A stretch of 64,000 bases of DNA from a bacterium (GTDB lineage: Bacteria > Zhuqueibacterota > Zhuqueibacteria > Residuimicrobiales > Krinioviventaceae): positions 128,001 to 192,000 of the forward strand of contig CAXXMD010000002.1 of assembly GCA_963675755.2 (NCBI GenBank), in the 5' to 3' direction. Shown piece by piece: positions 21,941 to 31,812 of this stretch. Position 1 is the stretch's first letter. Each line of letters starts with the position of its first letter. The notes under the pieces were generated by a model, which saw nothing but the letters and a program-made list of their open reading frames with translations, did not search any database and was not told where the DNA came from. Both the position numbers and the translations under genes were made by a program.

Positions 21941-23254
21941 ATGAAAATCAAAAACTTGATAATTTTGCTAGTCATTTCATTGTTTTTTCAGACATTTGCT
22001 CAGGAAAGTAGTTCTGATAACAATGAAAAAAATGAATATCCGGAAAAGCGTAAAGGCCGTGATACCTGGGAGTATATTGTCAATATCCCTGGTTACATCT
22101 GTCTTTTGCCGGTTTGGGCGCTTGATGCTACTTTGGTGCCAGTCAGTTATGCTATTACAGAAACCAAAGTTATTGAAAAGACCGTCGATTTTTTGACTTC
22201 GGATGATGGTAAACGTGGTGTCTTTCCTACTTATGAAGCCAGAACGGGTGCGGGTTTGAATTTTTATCAAAAGGATCTGATACAGCATGGAACAGATTTG
22301 CAAATTACAGCAACTGTGTGGGCAAGTGCTCGTCAGTCCTTTCAATTGTATTTTAATGATTTGAAATTGATTGGACCTGTCAATACTTCACTGTCTGCAA
22401 TGTTTTTTAAATATACTGACGAGCCTTTTTTTGGTATTGGGAACAATCTTGATTATGATTTTGAATCACATTTTTTGTTAAAACAATATCAGGCCAATAT
22501 TGAACTTGGAGTTGATCTGGGTAAATATAATGCATTAACTTTTCACAGCGGTTGGGAGCAAAATCAGGTTTCTGAGGAAGATAATGATAATTATGAAAAA
22601 GGAGAAGACGATTATTTGTTTTCAACTGTCTATTCAAGGTTTAGTAATAATTATGTACCTGTAACCGATGTTTTTGACAAGACCAGAATAATTCATGGTG
22701 AATTAAAATTTAAGCATGATTCCCGAAATGCTGTAGGAAATCCATCAAGTGGTTGGGAACTCTATTTGAATGGTGGATTGTTTAAGCAAACAGATGGAAG
22801 CCAATACGGCTTTTACCGGGGAACTGCGGATGTAACAAAATATTTTCATTTATTCTATAATCGTGTACTGGCTTTTCGTGCCGCGGGTCAAATTACAACT
22901 TCATATGATGGTGGAGATATTCCATTTTATTATCTTGCAGAACTGGGTGAACGCACAACTATTCGTGGTTACGAGAGAGGGCGTTTTCGTGAAAAAGATA
23001 AATTGTTGGGCTCTGTAGAATATCGGTTCCCGATTTTAAAACGATACCGCCCAGGACGTGAAGCTGGTAGTTTGGATATGGTGCTGTTTGTGGATTCCGG
23101 TAAAGTTGCGCCAGATATTAAAGATAATATTGCAGAAAATTATCATACAACCTGGGGCTTTGGATTAAGATTTTATAATTCAAACTCTTTAATGATGCAG
23201 TTTTATACAGGTTTTAGTGACGATGGTGTTAGACTTTATTATGTGTTAAACTAG
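21941..23254 (+). CDS. Omp85 (BamA/TamA)-family outer-membrane beta-barrel with no evident POTRA domains
   Basis: Signal peptide, LG...TIRGY..GRF (VRGF/Y-like lid motif), SVEYRFP, FVDSGKV and GFGLR strands. Confidence 0.82.
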   Translation: MKIKNLIILLVISLFFQTFAQESSSDNNEKNEYPEKRKGRDTWEYIVNIPGYICLLPVWALDATLVPVSYAITETKVIEKTVDFLTSDDGKRGVFPTYEARTGAGLNFYQKDLIQHGTDLQITATVWASARQSFQLYFNDLKLIGPVNTSLSAMFFKYTDEPFFGIGNNLDYDFESHFLLKQYQANIELGVDLGKYNALTFHSGWEQNQVSEEDNDNYEKGEDDYLFSTVYSRFSNNYVPVTDVFDKTRIIHGELKFKHDSRNAVGNPSSGWELYLNGGLFKQTDGSQYGFYRGTADVTKYFHLFYNRVLAFRAAGQITTSYDGGDIPFYYLAELGERTTIRGYERGRFREKDKLLGSVEYRFPILKRYRPGREAGSLDMVLFVDSGKVAPDIKDNIAENYHTTWGFGLRFYNSNSLMMQFYTGFSDDGVRLYYVLN

Positions 23255-23264
23255 AGGGTTGTTT

Positions 23265-24938
23265 ATGAAATCAACTTGTCTCAATAGATTTTACATACTG
23301 GCAGTGTTACTTGTTAGTACTTTTGTTTATGCAGAATATATACCCCCTGAACCTATGCCTGCAGATACGTTGCCCATACCCAGGCCAGAAGAGGTTAAAA
23401 TTGATTATCTGCATGATGGATATAGTCAAACGTTTACAATGGCATTTGAAAAATTGTTTGATATAGCGGGGTATATTAGAAGCTTGACTAATAATCCAAA
23501 ACAGGCCATGAATTTAAATGCATTTGATGGTGTAGACAATTCAACCTGGTTTACCAATCGTAACGCTGAAAATAAAATGTCAATTGAATCCTTTGCCAAA
23601 GGTCCTGATACTGAATATGGTCCGGATACTACAGGTACATGGCTCATTATCCGTGCAAAAGCAGAAGGTATTACTCCCGGATTTACAATCAAAGACAAAA
23701 GAGGCGGAACTTTTGTAATCAAGTTTGATCCTCCCGGATATTCAGAATTAGCTACCGGGGCAGAAGTTGTCGTAACAAAATTGTTCTATGGTATGGGGTA
23801 CAATGTTCCCGAGAATTACATTACCATTTTTGATCCGTCCATGTTGGTTTTGGGTGATGATGTAACGTTGGTTGATGAAAAAGGCCGCAAGCGGAAAATG
23901 AACGAAAACGATGTTAAAGAAATTTTAACCCGTATTGAATTCCTTCCTAATGGTAAGATTCGCGCTCTTGCCAGCAAATATGTTGAGGGAAGACCGGTAG
24001 GTGGATTCCGTTACGAAAAGACCCGCAAGGATGATCCTAACGACATTATTCCACATGAACATCGCAGAGAATTGCGCGGCTTGGAAGTGCCTTGTTCATG
24101 GCTAAAACATTTTGATACCAAAGCGGGAAATAACCTGGATACATATGTGGGAGAAAAGGGAAAAGGGCATCTAAAACATTATTTGATTGATTTTGGTTCT
24201 ACTTTGGGCAGTGCTGCTTTTGCGCCGCAGGATCCCTACAAAGGTCACGAATTCGATCTTGATTTTCAAGTTATGGCTGCTAACGTAATAACGTTAGGTT
24301 TGGTTGTTAAAAATTGGGAAAAACTGGATCCACCATTTAATCCTGCAATTGGATTGTTTGATGCCTGGGATTTTGATCCGTCAGATACACGTCCCAATTT
24401 CCCTAATCCGGCATTTGCAAATATGACCAATTGTGATGGATATTGGGGAGCCAAATTGGTAATGTCCATTACAGATGAACAGTTAAAAGCCGCAATTGAA
24501 ACGGGTAAATATTCAGATCCGAAAGTTCGTGAATATATTTATAAAATTTTAAAAGAACGTCGTGATAAATCAGGAATGTATTGGTACAATCAGGTATGCC
24601 CGCTTGATTTTTTTGAAATCAATGGCAAAACAAATAAAGCAGTATTGTCATTTACAGACATGGGCGTCAAGGATGGTTTGTGGGATGCTAAAGACTGTCA
24701 ATACTCTTTTTCAATTAAATATGGTGATCAAACACTGGTAAAAGAAAAGATAGTAGATACACCAAATGTTCCTATATATGAGTTTTTATCAAACATTGAT
24801 GTAGCAAATGGTAACAAACAGGTAGAAATAGAAATGCGAAATAAAAATCTCGATTCCAGTTTTGATAAATATGTCAAGGTTTATCTTGAACCAAAAGGGG
24901 ATAGTTTTAAACTGTTGGGGATAGAGAGAAAAGATTGA
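23265..24938 (+). CDS. Exported protein with protein-kinase-like (HipA/PI3K-like) motifs
   Basis: Signal peptide ending FVYA, then GITPG, FVIKFD, GAE, HFDTKAGN and YLIDFG in canonical kinase-motif order. The start may be TTG 23259 or ATG 23265. Confidence 0.7.
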   Translation: MKSTCLNRFYILAVLLVSTFVYAEYIPPEPMPADTLPIPRPEEVKIDYLHDGYSQTFTMAFEKLFDIAGYIRSLTNNPKQAMNLNAFDGVDNSTWFTNRNAENKMSIESFAKGPDTEYGPDTTGTWLIIRAKAEGITPGFTIKDKRGGTFVIKFDPPGYSELATGAEVVVTKLFYGMGYNVPENYITIFDPSMLVLGDDVTLVDEKGRKRKMNENDVKEILTRIEFLPNGKIRALASKYVEGRPVGGFRYEKTRKDDPNDIIPHEHRRELRGLEVPCSWLKHFDTKAGNNLDTYVGEKGKGHLKHYLIDFGSTLGSAAFAPQDPYKGHEFDLDFQVMAANVITLGLVVKNWEKLDPPFNPAIGLFDAWDFDPSDTRPNFPNPAFANMTNCDGYWGAKLVMSITDEQLKAAIETGKYSDPKVREYIYKILKERRDKSGMYWYNQVCPLDFFEINGKTNKAVLSFTDMGVKDGLWDAKDCQYSFSIKYGDQTLVKEKIVDTPNVPIYEFLSNIDVANGNKQVEIEMRNKNLDSSFDKYVKVYLEPKGDSFKLLGIERKD

Positions 24939-24942
24939 AATG

Positions 24943-24972
24943 AAAAAAGGGAGACTATGTCTCCCTTTTTTT
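24943..24972. terminator. Bidirectional intrinsic terminator
   Basis: AAAAAAGGGAGAC-tat-GTCTCCCTTTTTT between convergent genes. Confidence 0.9.
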
Positions 24973-24983
24973 CTAGATTCACT

Positions 24984-25931
24984 TTACTTGCCGAAAGCAT
25001 AATCTTTTTTATTGATTTTGAGTTTTTTCATTTTGTATCTGAGATTGGGTTCTGATAATTCAAGCACTTTGGCTGCTTTGCTTTGATTACCTGCAAATTT
25101 ACGTAGTGCTTTTTGGATCAGTTCTTTTTCCAATTGATCCACTGCAGAATGCAAGTCCTGTATTTTAATCCGGCTAAAGTACAAGTTTTCAACTTCAAAA
25201 GGCAAAGAGTCTGTTAAAAGTTCACCTTCCGGTGAAGTTAATAACATTGTACGGATTATGTTTTCCAGTTCTTTTACATTGCCTTGCCATTCATGCTTCA
25301 TCAGATGATTAAAGACCTCAAAATCCACTGTAGGAATGGGTTTTGATAATTCTTCACACTGTTTTTTCAAATAGTGCTCAAACAACAGGGGAATATCCTG
25401 ACGTCTGTCACGAAGTGGTGGAATTTTCAAAGATACAGCTGTCAATGCTAAAAACAATTCGGCACTGAATTTACTGTTTTTAAGATCATTGATTAAATTG
25501 GGATGAGCTGTTGTAACGATTCTGATGTCGGTGGCAATAGATTCGTTTTCCAACTCTAGTACACCTTTGTTGGCCAATAATAAGAGTTTGGCCTGAGTTT
25601 CCTCATTCAGGTATTCAAGATTTTCAATGATCAATGTTCCCAGCAGTGGAGAATCCGGTTTTTTTCGCAAAGCTAAAAACGGTTCAATCACTTCCTCTTC
25701 ATAGTGATTGTTCAGATTGTTAGCATTGCTGAAAAGCAGAGGTTTCTCTTTTCTGTGACTGCTTTCAAACAAGATTTTTGTAGCCAACAATTTTTCGGTA
25801 CCAGCTTCACCATATACGGTTACATTTTCATCGCTTTTGGCGATGGATGGCAGGTAACTGCGCAGATGGTTCATTTCTGGTGAGTGCCCGATCAATTCAA
25901 GTTGACTCAACGTGTCCCAAGGTGTCTTCAT
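24984..25931 (-). CDS. NtrC/sigma54-activator-like AAA + Fis-HTH regulator with a degenerate ATPase
   Basis: LIGHSPEM, IPPLRDRRQDIP, WQGNVKELEN and GNQSKAAKVL HTH are present. Walker A reads GEAGTEK, GAFTGA is absent and there is no sensor domain. Confidence 0.85.
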   Translation of the reverse strand: MKTPWDTLSQLELIGHSPEMNHLRSYLPSIAKSDENVTVYGEAGTEKLLATKILFESSHRKEKPLLFSNANNLNNHYEEEVIEPFLALRKKPDSPLLGTLIIENLEYLNEETQAKLLLLANKGVLELENESIATDIRIVTTAHPNLINDLKNSKFSAELFLALTAVSLKIPPLRDRRQDIPLLFEHYLKKQCEELSKPIPTVDFEVFNHLMKHEWQGNVKELENIIRTMLLTSPEGELLTDSLPFEVENLYFSRIKIQDLHSAVDQLEKELIQKALRKFAGNQSKAAKVLELSEPNLRYKMKKLKINKKDYAFGK

Positions 25932-26444
25932 TTTTCTCCTTCCTTCCTTCAAGTAAGAAATAATGAATTTGTGAGTTATTTATGTTATAGTAATAGCACT
26001 CTATGAAGATAAAATTTTCTATTTTTCATGATAAACTACCTATGATCCATATATTTGATAAATTTTATTTACTTTTAAAAACAATTAAAAAAATATCGAA
26101 ATTTCATAAATTTTAAAATTTATTGAAATTATTTCAGGTAATTTTATTTAGGCTATTTATTGCAGATGATAACAAATTCTTTCATTAGCAACGTTAAATT
26201 CGAATAAAAGTAAATAAATACAAGAAAAAAATCAACAGGTATTTAGTATTTTTCGTATTTACGCCAAAAAAAACTATCAAAAATGCCAAAAATGAATATA
26301 TAATTTTTTACATTTAAATACAATTAAAGAATTAAAAAAATGTAAAAATAATATAATAATTTTGATATTTCTTTTTACTTGATCAAAGATAATAATTTAA
26401 GTATTATTTAATAATAAATTTCAAAATAATTAACGAGGCAAAAA

Positions 26445-27254
26445 TTGAACACATTAGAATTTAAGAATAAATTTCAAACCGGCCGGGTTTATGGTACAGC
26501 TGTAACTTCAATGGCACCCATGTGGCCTGTAATTATTGAAAAAGCAAAACTTGATTTTGTTTTTCTAGATACCGAACATATAATTGTAGATAAACAACCC
26601 TTGACTGCTATGTGTAATGTTTATAAATCTATGGGAATTTTACCTATTGTGAGAATTCCTTCACCGTTACCTGATCTTGCAACTAATGTTTTAGATGGTG
26701 GTGCTATGGGACTTTTGGCCCCATATGTAGAAACTGTTGAGCAGGTTAAAAATCTTGTAGGTGCTGTTAAATACAGACCATTAAAAGGAAAAAAATTGCA
26801 GCAAATATTAGATAACCCTCAGTCCATTGATAGTAAATTAAAAGCATATGTTGATGACCGTTGTAAAAACAATTTGTTATTTATAAATATTGAAAGTAAA
26901 CCTGCTCTTGATGTTCTGCCAGAATTACTTGATGTACCTGGTTTAGACGGAGTAATTATTGGTCCACATGATTTATCATGCAGTTTGGAAGTGCCTGAGG
27001 AATATAAAAGTCCTGTATTTGAAAAAGCAGTTTCACAAATCATCCGGGAATGTCAAAAACGTGATTTGGGTATTGGTATGCACTTGTCTGAAGGTCCGGA
27101 ATATCAAATGAAATGGGGTAAAGAAGGTTTGAATATTATTTTACACAGTTCAGATGCTGCTTTGTTTTTAAAAATGCTGAATCATGATATGAATAAAATT
27201 AAATCTACTTTGAATGATAAAGTCGATAATAATGATAATCAAATAATAATTTAA
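26445..27254 (+). CDS. HpcH/HpaI-family class II aldolase
   Basis: DFVFLDTEH, P.VRIP, LDGGA.G..AP.VET, IES and IGPHDLS motifs. Confidence 0.9.
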   Translation: MNTLEFKNKFQTGRVYGTAVTSMAPMWPVIIEKAKLDFVFLDTEHIIVDKQPLTAMCNVYKSMGILPIVRIPSPLPDLATNVLDGGAMGLLAPYVETVEQVKNLVGAVKYRPLKGKKLQQILDNPQSIDSKLKAYVDDRCKNNLLFINIESKPALDVLPELLDVPGLDGVIIGPHDLSCSLEVPEEYKSPVFEKAVSQIIRECQKRDLGIGMHLSEGPEYQMKWGKEGLNIILHSSDAALFLKMLNHDMNKIKSTLNDKVDNNDNQIII

Positions 27255-27264
27255 TGGATTGAAT

Positions 27265-29388
27265 ATGAAAAAGATAATACTACTGCTGCTAATTTTTACC
27301 TCATTCATCTATGCAAATGTTAAAAGTACGGATACTTTTTTACAGGAATCGAGCGAGATCTATACAGGAAAAACTTTTCCTGCAACGATTGTTAATCAAA
27401 TTGTTTTAAAAAATAATGGCAATCCCATTGCTATTACGTCTAATGGGAATTTTGTGTTTGATGGTAAAGACTGGGTTACCTGTACAGATAAAGTTGATAT
27501 TGATGTAGATAATAAAGATATCAACTTTCCAAAAGAGTACGGGCAAATCCTTTCAAATGTTGAATTTAATAATAAGATGTTTGTGGGAACTGAAAAAGGA
27601 TTATTTGTTTTTGAAAATAATAACTGGGCAAAAGTATACCCTTTTGATGAAAAGTTTAGTTGGAGTTTAAATCATGTAACTGTTTTGGGAATAGATTCTA
27701 ACAATCGACTCTGGTTTGGTTCAAAACAGGGAGCAGGAGTTCTGGAAAATGGTGCCTGGACACTTTATACCGGTTCAGAAGGATTACCCGTGAAACAGTT
27801 TACTTGTATTACAGCTGATAAACGAGGGAATGTCTGGTTTGGAACTGAAAGTGGCGTTGTTCGATCGGATGGCAAATCCTTCAGATATCGATTCAGCAGA
27901 CGCTGGCTGCCTGATGATCATGTAAATGATATTGTTATTGATGAAAAAGGAGCGGCATGGATTGCTACCAATAATGGTGTTAGCAAGATTTACTTTGCTG
28001 AACTGAGTTATGAGCAAAAAGCTGATTATTTTACAGATCAGGTAGAAACACGTCACAATCGTGATGGCTTTATTTGTCAGAATAAATTGTTTGAGCAATA
28101 TCAAAAAGAACCATACCGACTTGATATTTCTGACAATGATGGAACTTATACTGCAAAGTATGGAGCCGCACAGGTATTCCGTTATGCGGTTACGGGAGAC
28201 AAGCAGGCGCGTGAATTGGCACTGCGCAGTTTTATGGCCTGTAAGTGGTTGACGGAAATTACACATGAATCAGGATTCCCGGCCCGTGTAATCATTCCTG
28301 TGGATTGGCCCGATCCTGTAAATGAAATTTATAATGATGCTTATAATAAAAAACGATTGGAACGTGATCCTTTCTGGAAACAGATCTTACCACGATTTGT
28401 AAAAAGTAAAGACGGTAAATATCTATGGAAATGTGATACCAGCTCAGACGAACTTGCAGGACATTATTTCTTTTATGCATTGTTTTATGATCTTGCGGCA
28501 GAAACAGAGCATGAAAAAGAGATGGTAAGAAAAGTTGTTAAAGATGTAACTGATCACCTTATACGCAATGGATTTTTATTACGCGATCATGATGGCAAGC
28601 CTACACGCTGGGCAGACTTTTCCCCGGAATTTGTAAACTCGGAAAGAGGATGGGACCAACGCGGTTTGAATTCAATGATGATGTTGTCATTTTTAAATGT
28701 GGCTTATCATGTGACCGGAGATCACAAATATAAAGATACAGCCAAAATGTTAATGGATGAACACAATTATCATATAAACGCCATGCAGGCTAAAATGTTT
28801 TTCCCTCCAGAAGATGTGGTTCCCTGGGATAATAACCTGTGTCTAACCAGTATGTACGGTTTGATAAAGTATGAAGAGGATCCTGAATTATTATTAATGT
28901 ATAGAGAAAGTTTAGAGAATGCCTGGCTGCATATCAGTAAACAAAAGAATGCATTATGGAATGTACTTTATGCAGCAATGACAGATCATTTTAAAAAGAC
29001 AGTTGAAACGGGTGTGTATGAAACTGGTCAGGTTTTTCCTGAATCAGGTCCCTTTGCTTCTTTTACCGCCAGACAATACAGTAATGCTGATTACCGATAT
29101 GATGATATCATTGAATCTCTGACATTATTACCGTTGGATCTGATTGGGTATGACATGGACAATACGCATCGTCTGGATGTCGTTTTTGATCCTACTCCCG
29201 GTCAATCTCCGGATATGGGTTGGCATTATGATGGCTATGCTCTACCCATTGATGAACGCGGCCATGTCCGTCAGGACCGTGATGGCTTTGCTTTACACGC
29301 CTTTGAAGGTGGAGGGTTCCAGGAGCAGGAAGGAACTTTTTATCTGTTACCGTATTATATGGCAAGATATTATGGATTAATTGATTAG
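27265..29388 (+). CDS. Secreted protein: beta-propeller (two-component regulator propeller repeats) plus an uncharacterised helical C-terminal domain
   Basis: Signal peptide; repeats D..N.LWFGS, D.RGNVWFGT and D.KGAAWIAT; C-terminal SDNDG and WKCDTSSDE motifs. Confidence 0.7.
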   Translation: MKKIILLLLIFTSFIYANVKSTDTFLQESSEIYTGKTFPATIVNQIVLKNNGNPIAITSNGNFVFDGKDWVTCTDKVDIDVDNKDINFPKEYGQILSNVEFNNKMFVGTEKGLFVFENNNWAKVYPFDEKFSWSLNHVTVLGIDSNNRLWFGSKQGAGVLENGAWTLYTGSEGLPVKQFTCITADKRGNVWFGTESGVVRSDGKSFRYRFSRRWLPDDHVNDIVIDEKGAAWIATNNGVSKIYFAELSYEQKADYFTDQVETRHNRDGFICQNKLFEQYQKEPYRLDISDNDGTYTAKYGAAQVFRYAVTGDKQARELALRSFMACKWLTEITHESGFPARVIIPVDWPDPVNEIYNDAYNKKRLERDPFWKQILPRFVKSKDGKYLWKCDTSSDELAGHYFFYALFYDLAAETEHEKEMVRKVVKDVTDHLIRNGFLLRDHDGKPTRWADFSPEFVNSERGWDQRGLNSMMMLSFLNVAYHVTGDHKYKDTAKMLMDEHNYHINAMQAKMFFPPEDVVPWDNNLCLTSMYGLIKYEEDPELLLMYRESLENAWLHISKQKNALWNVLYAAMTDHFKKTVETGVYETGQVFPESGPFASFTARQYSNADYRYDDIIESLTLLPLDLIGYDMDNTHRLDVVFDPTPGQSPDMGWHYDGYALPIDERGHVRQDRDGFALHAFEGGGFQEQEGTFYLLPYYMARYYGLID

Positions 29389-29403
29389 GCTGTTGGAGTA
29401 AGT

Positions 29404-30762
29404 ATGTTGAAAAAAATATTCAAAATTTCTATCAGGATTGTATTGGTACTGCTTTTAATTATTGTACTTTTTTTATCGGCATGCCTTAGAAGAATTGATT
29501 ATCGTCCATATCAGGAAAGTAATTATTATGAAACTACAATCCGGCAGCTTGATGATATAGTCAAAGATCAACCTGATACTACACCGGATACTTTGTACAT
29601 GGGCGCAGGCAAAGCTGGTTTAACACCACCGGTTGGCTTGCCTTTGGCCGGTTTTGGTAACCGTAAAGGAACACCTTCAACCGGAGTGCATGATAGTTTA
29701 TATGTACGGATTATTGCGTTAAAGAGTGGAGCACAGAATGTCTTTATAGTAGGTTATGATGCACTTTTACTTCACCCTCCAATAGCCAGAATGTTTGAAG
29801 AAAAAGCAAAACAAACATTGAATGTTGAACCTGAATCGTTTTTTTATACTGCCACACATTCACACTCGGGACCGGGAGGGTGGGGAAGTGGCTTTGTTGA
29901 GGAACAATTTTCAGGACCGTTTGATTCTACCATTGTTCACATTCTTGTCGATAGCACTTTGGCTGCGGTTTCCCGTGCAAAGGTAAATTTGCATCCATCA
30001 TCCTTTACCGTACAATCAGTTCATGCACCTGAATTTATTCGGAATCGTCTAGTTGGTGATAAGGGACAAATTGATGCTGATTTGATCTTTGCAGCATTCC
30101 AGTCTGATAATGGACAAAATTCTATTTTCGCAACTTATTCAGCACATGCCACCGTTTTACCGGGAAGCAATATGCTATTTAGCGGTGATTATCCAGGTTA
30201 CATGGAACGCAAGGTTGAATCAGAATGGGACGCAACATGTCTGTTTGCTGCGGCAGGTTTAGGAAGTCATAGTAATAAAGGCAAGGGAGAAAAGTTTGAT
30301 AAAGCATCATATATTGGTGAGGGACTTGCGGACAGCTTGATGAATCATTTGCCGGCAAAATTTAATTCGAATCAAGCAGTTTTAAAAGTACTAAGAGTAC
30401 CAGTAACAAAGCCCCGATTACAGATTAAAATCAATAATGATATTTGCCTGGCACCGTGGTTTGCAAAACGATTTTTTAAACCGTACGATGCATATTTGCA
30501 GTTTATTGTATTGAATGATTTTATTATGATTGGCAGTCCGGGTGAATTTAGCGGCGAACTGGCCCTGGAAGTTAAACAATATGCTGCTCAACATGGAAAA
30601 ACAGCAACAGTAACCAGTTTTAATGGGTGTTATATGGGCTATGTTACACCCTCTAAATATTATCATCTTGATGAATACGAGACAAAATTAATGAGCTGGT
30701 ATGGTCCCTGGTCTGGTGATTATCTCGCTGAATTGATGAAGCAAATGATTGATCGATTGTAA
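29404..30762 (+). CDS. Neutral/alkaline ceramidase-like amidohydrolase, N-terminally anchored
   Basis: TPP.G.PLAGFG, GVHDSLYVR, ATHSHSGP, AHAT, SGDYPG, PGE and GYV motifs. Confidence 0.82.
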   Translation: MLKKIFKISIRIVLVLLLIIVLFLSACLRRIDYRPYQESNYYETTIRQLDDIVKDQPDTTPDTLYMGAGKAGLTPPVGLPLAGFGNRKGTPSTGVHDSLYVRIIALKSGAQNVFIVGYDALLLHPPIARMFEEKAKQTLNVEPESFFYTATHSHSGPGGWGSGFVEEQFSGPFDSTIVHILVDSTLAAVSRAKVNLHPSSFTVQSVHAPEFIRNRLVGDKGQIDADLIFAAFQSDNGQNSIFATYSAHATVLPGSNMLFSGDYPGYMERKVESEWDATCLFAAAGLGSHSNKGKGEKFDKASYIGEGLADSLMNHLPAKFNSNQAVLKVLRVPVTKPRLQIKINNDICLAPWFAKRFFKPYDAYLQFIVLNDFIMIGSPGEFSGELALEVKQYAAQHGKTATVTSFNGCYMGYVTPSKYYHLDEYETKLMSWYGPWSGDYLAELMKQMIDRL

Positions 30763-30800
30763 AAAAAAAGGAGAAAAAAGCTACTCGATGAAATAAATAT

Positions 30801-30828
30801 TTGCATTTAAAAAATAAAATGTTATATT
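30801..30828 (+). promoter_or_regulatory. Putative sigma70 promoter for the tRNA
   Basis: TTGCAT, a 16-nt spacer ending in TGn, then TATATT, 15 nt upstream of the tRNA. Confidence 0.5.
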
Positions 30829-30843
30829 TATCACTGCTTAACA

Positions 30844-30916
30844 GGGCCCATAGCTCAACGGTTAGAGCAACGGACTCATAATCCGCAGGTTCGGGGTTCA
30901 AATCCCTGTGGGCCCA
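30844..30916 (+). tRNA. tRNA with CAT anticodon, probably tRNA-Ile2 (lysidine); elongator Met not excluded
   Basis: Acceptor stem GGGCCCA/TGGGCCC, D arm GCTC/GAGC, anticodon arm CGGA-CTCATAA-TCCG, T loop GTTCAAATC. CCA is not encoded. C4/C5 in the acceptor stem resemble Ile2 tRNAs. Confidence 0.93.
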
Positions 30917-30917
30917 C
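30874..30917 (+). repeat. attL-like direct repeat (3' part of the tRNA)
   Basis: ACTCATAATCCGCAGGTTCGGGGTTCAAATCCCTGTGGGCCCAC matches 59684-59727 at 43 of 44 positions. Confidence 0.95.
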
Positions 30918-30924
30918 ATATACT

Positions 30925-30958
30925 GCCCTTAATTCTACTAGAGTTAAGGGCTTTTTTT
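30925..30958 (+). terminator. Intrinsic terminator after the tRNA
   Basis: GCCCTTAATTCT-act-AGAGTTAAGGGC followed by a T-tract. Confidence 0.85.
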
Positions 30959-31174
30959 ATATATTTATTTTTAACCTTTCAATTATTGAAATATCTCCAA
31001 AGTATTGGCCTCCTTATTAATTCTCATTTATGTATTCGAAATGTATACAAATGTCTTTAGTAAAAAAATGCATAGGTCTAGTTTATTTGTTTTTCTTGAG
31101 GTTTATTACTGTTTTCAATCGTCAACTGTGTAAATCTTGATTGATTATATTAAATTTTTTGGCTAATATCTTAG

Positions 31175-31696
31175 ATGTGTGATTTTCTTAAAATAGCAAA
31201 CAATGATGCCAAAGAATTCAAAAAAATGTTTGAGCATTATTACGAACCGCTGGTAGAATATGCCTGTTATTATGTGGGGGACCAAGATACGGCAGAAAAC
31301 ATCGCCCAGGACGTGTTTGTCAATATCTGGAAAAACCGCCAAAAGATCAAGTTAAAGAAAACACTAAAGATCTACTTGTTTTCGGCAATCAAGAAAACCG
31401 CACTCAGGGCCATTAGGGACAGGAATACCCGAAACAAATATTTTACAAGCCTTTCTTCGGAAATTGAGATGTCTGAATCTCCCAATGATAATGTGATTAT
31501 TAAAGAACTGGAATCCGCAATAGAGAACGCTATCAATCAACTGCCTGAAAAGGGACGTCTTATCTTCTGCATGAACCGGTTTGATGGATTGACCTATGTA
31601 GAGATTGCCGATATATTGGGAATATCCGTTAAAACGGTTGAAACACACATGTTCCGCGCGTTACAGTTTCTTCGCAAAAACATTTCTCAAATTTAA
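31175..31696 (+). CDS. ECF sigma-70 factor (FecI-like)
   Basis: AENIAQDVFVNIW, INQLP and GLTY.EIA.ILGISVKTVETH motifs; adjacent to FecR. Confidence 0.95.
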   Translation: MCDFLKIANNDAKEFKKMFEHYYEPLVEYACYYVGDQDTAENIAQDVFVNIWKNRQKIKLKKTLKIYLFSAIKKTALRAIRDRNTRNKYFTSLSSEIEMSESPNDNVIIKELESAIENAINQLPEKGRLIFCMNRFDGLTYVEIADILGISVKTVETHMFRALQFLRKNISQI

Positions 31697-31812
31697 TTCA
31701 AAAAAAATAAAAAAAATTCATTTTCATGTCAGGGTAAGCCCTGTTTGATGAATCATTATAGTAGAGTAAATCATTACTAAATGTCATTTGATGTCTATTA
31801 AAGGGTAAATTA

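Noticed and set aside
25932-26444. Hidden ncRNA or sigma54 promoter in the long AT-rich spacer
   Set aside because: No convincing TGGCAC-N5-TTGC site, stable stem or ORF was seen.
30653-30919. 88-aa minus-strand ORF (MWAHRDLNPEPADYES...)
   Set aside because: It is the antisense translation of the tRNA, a classic spurious ORF.
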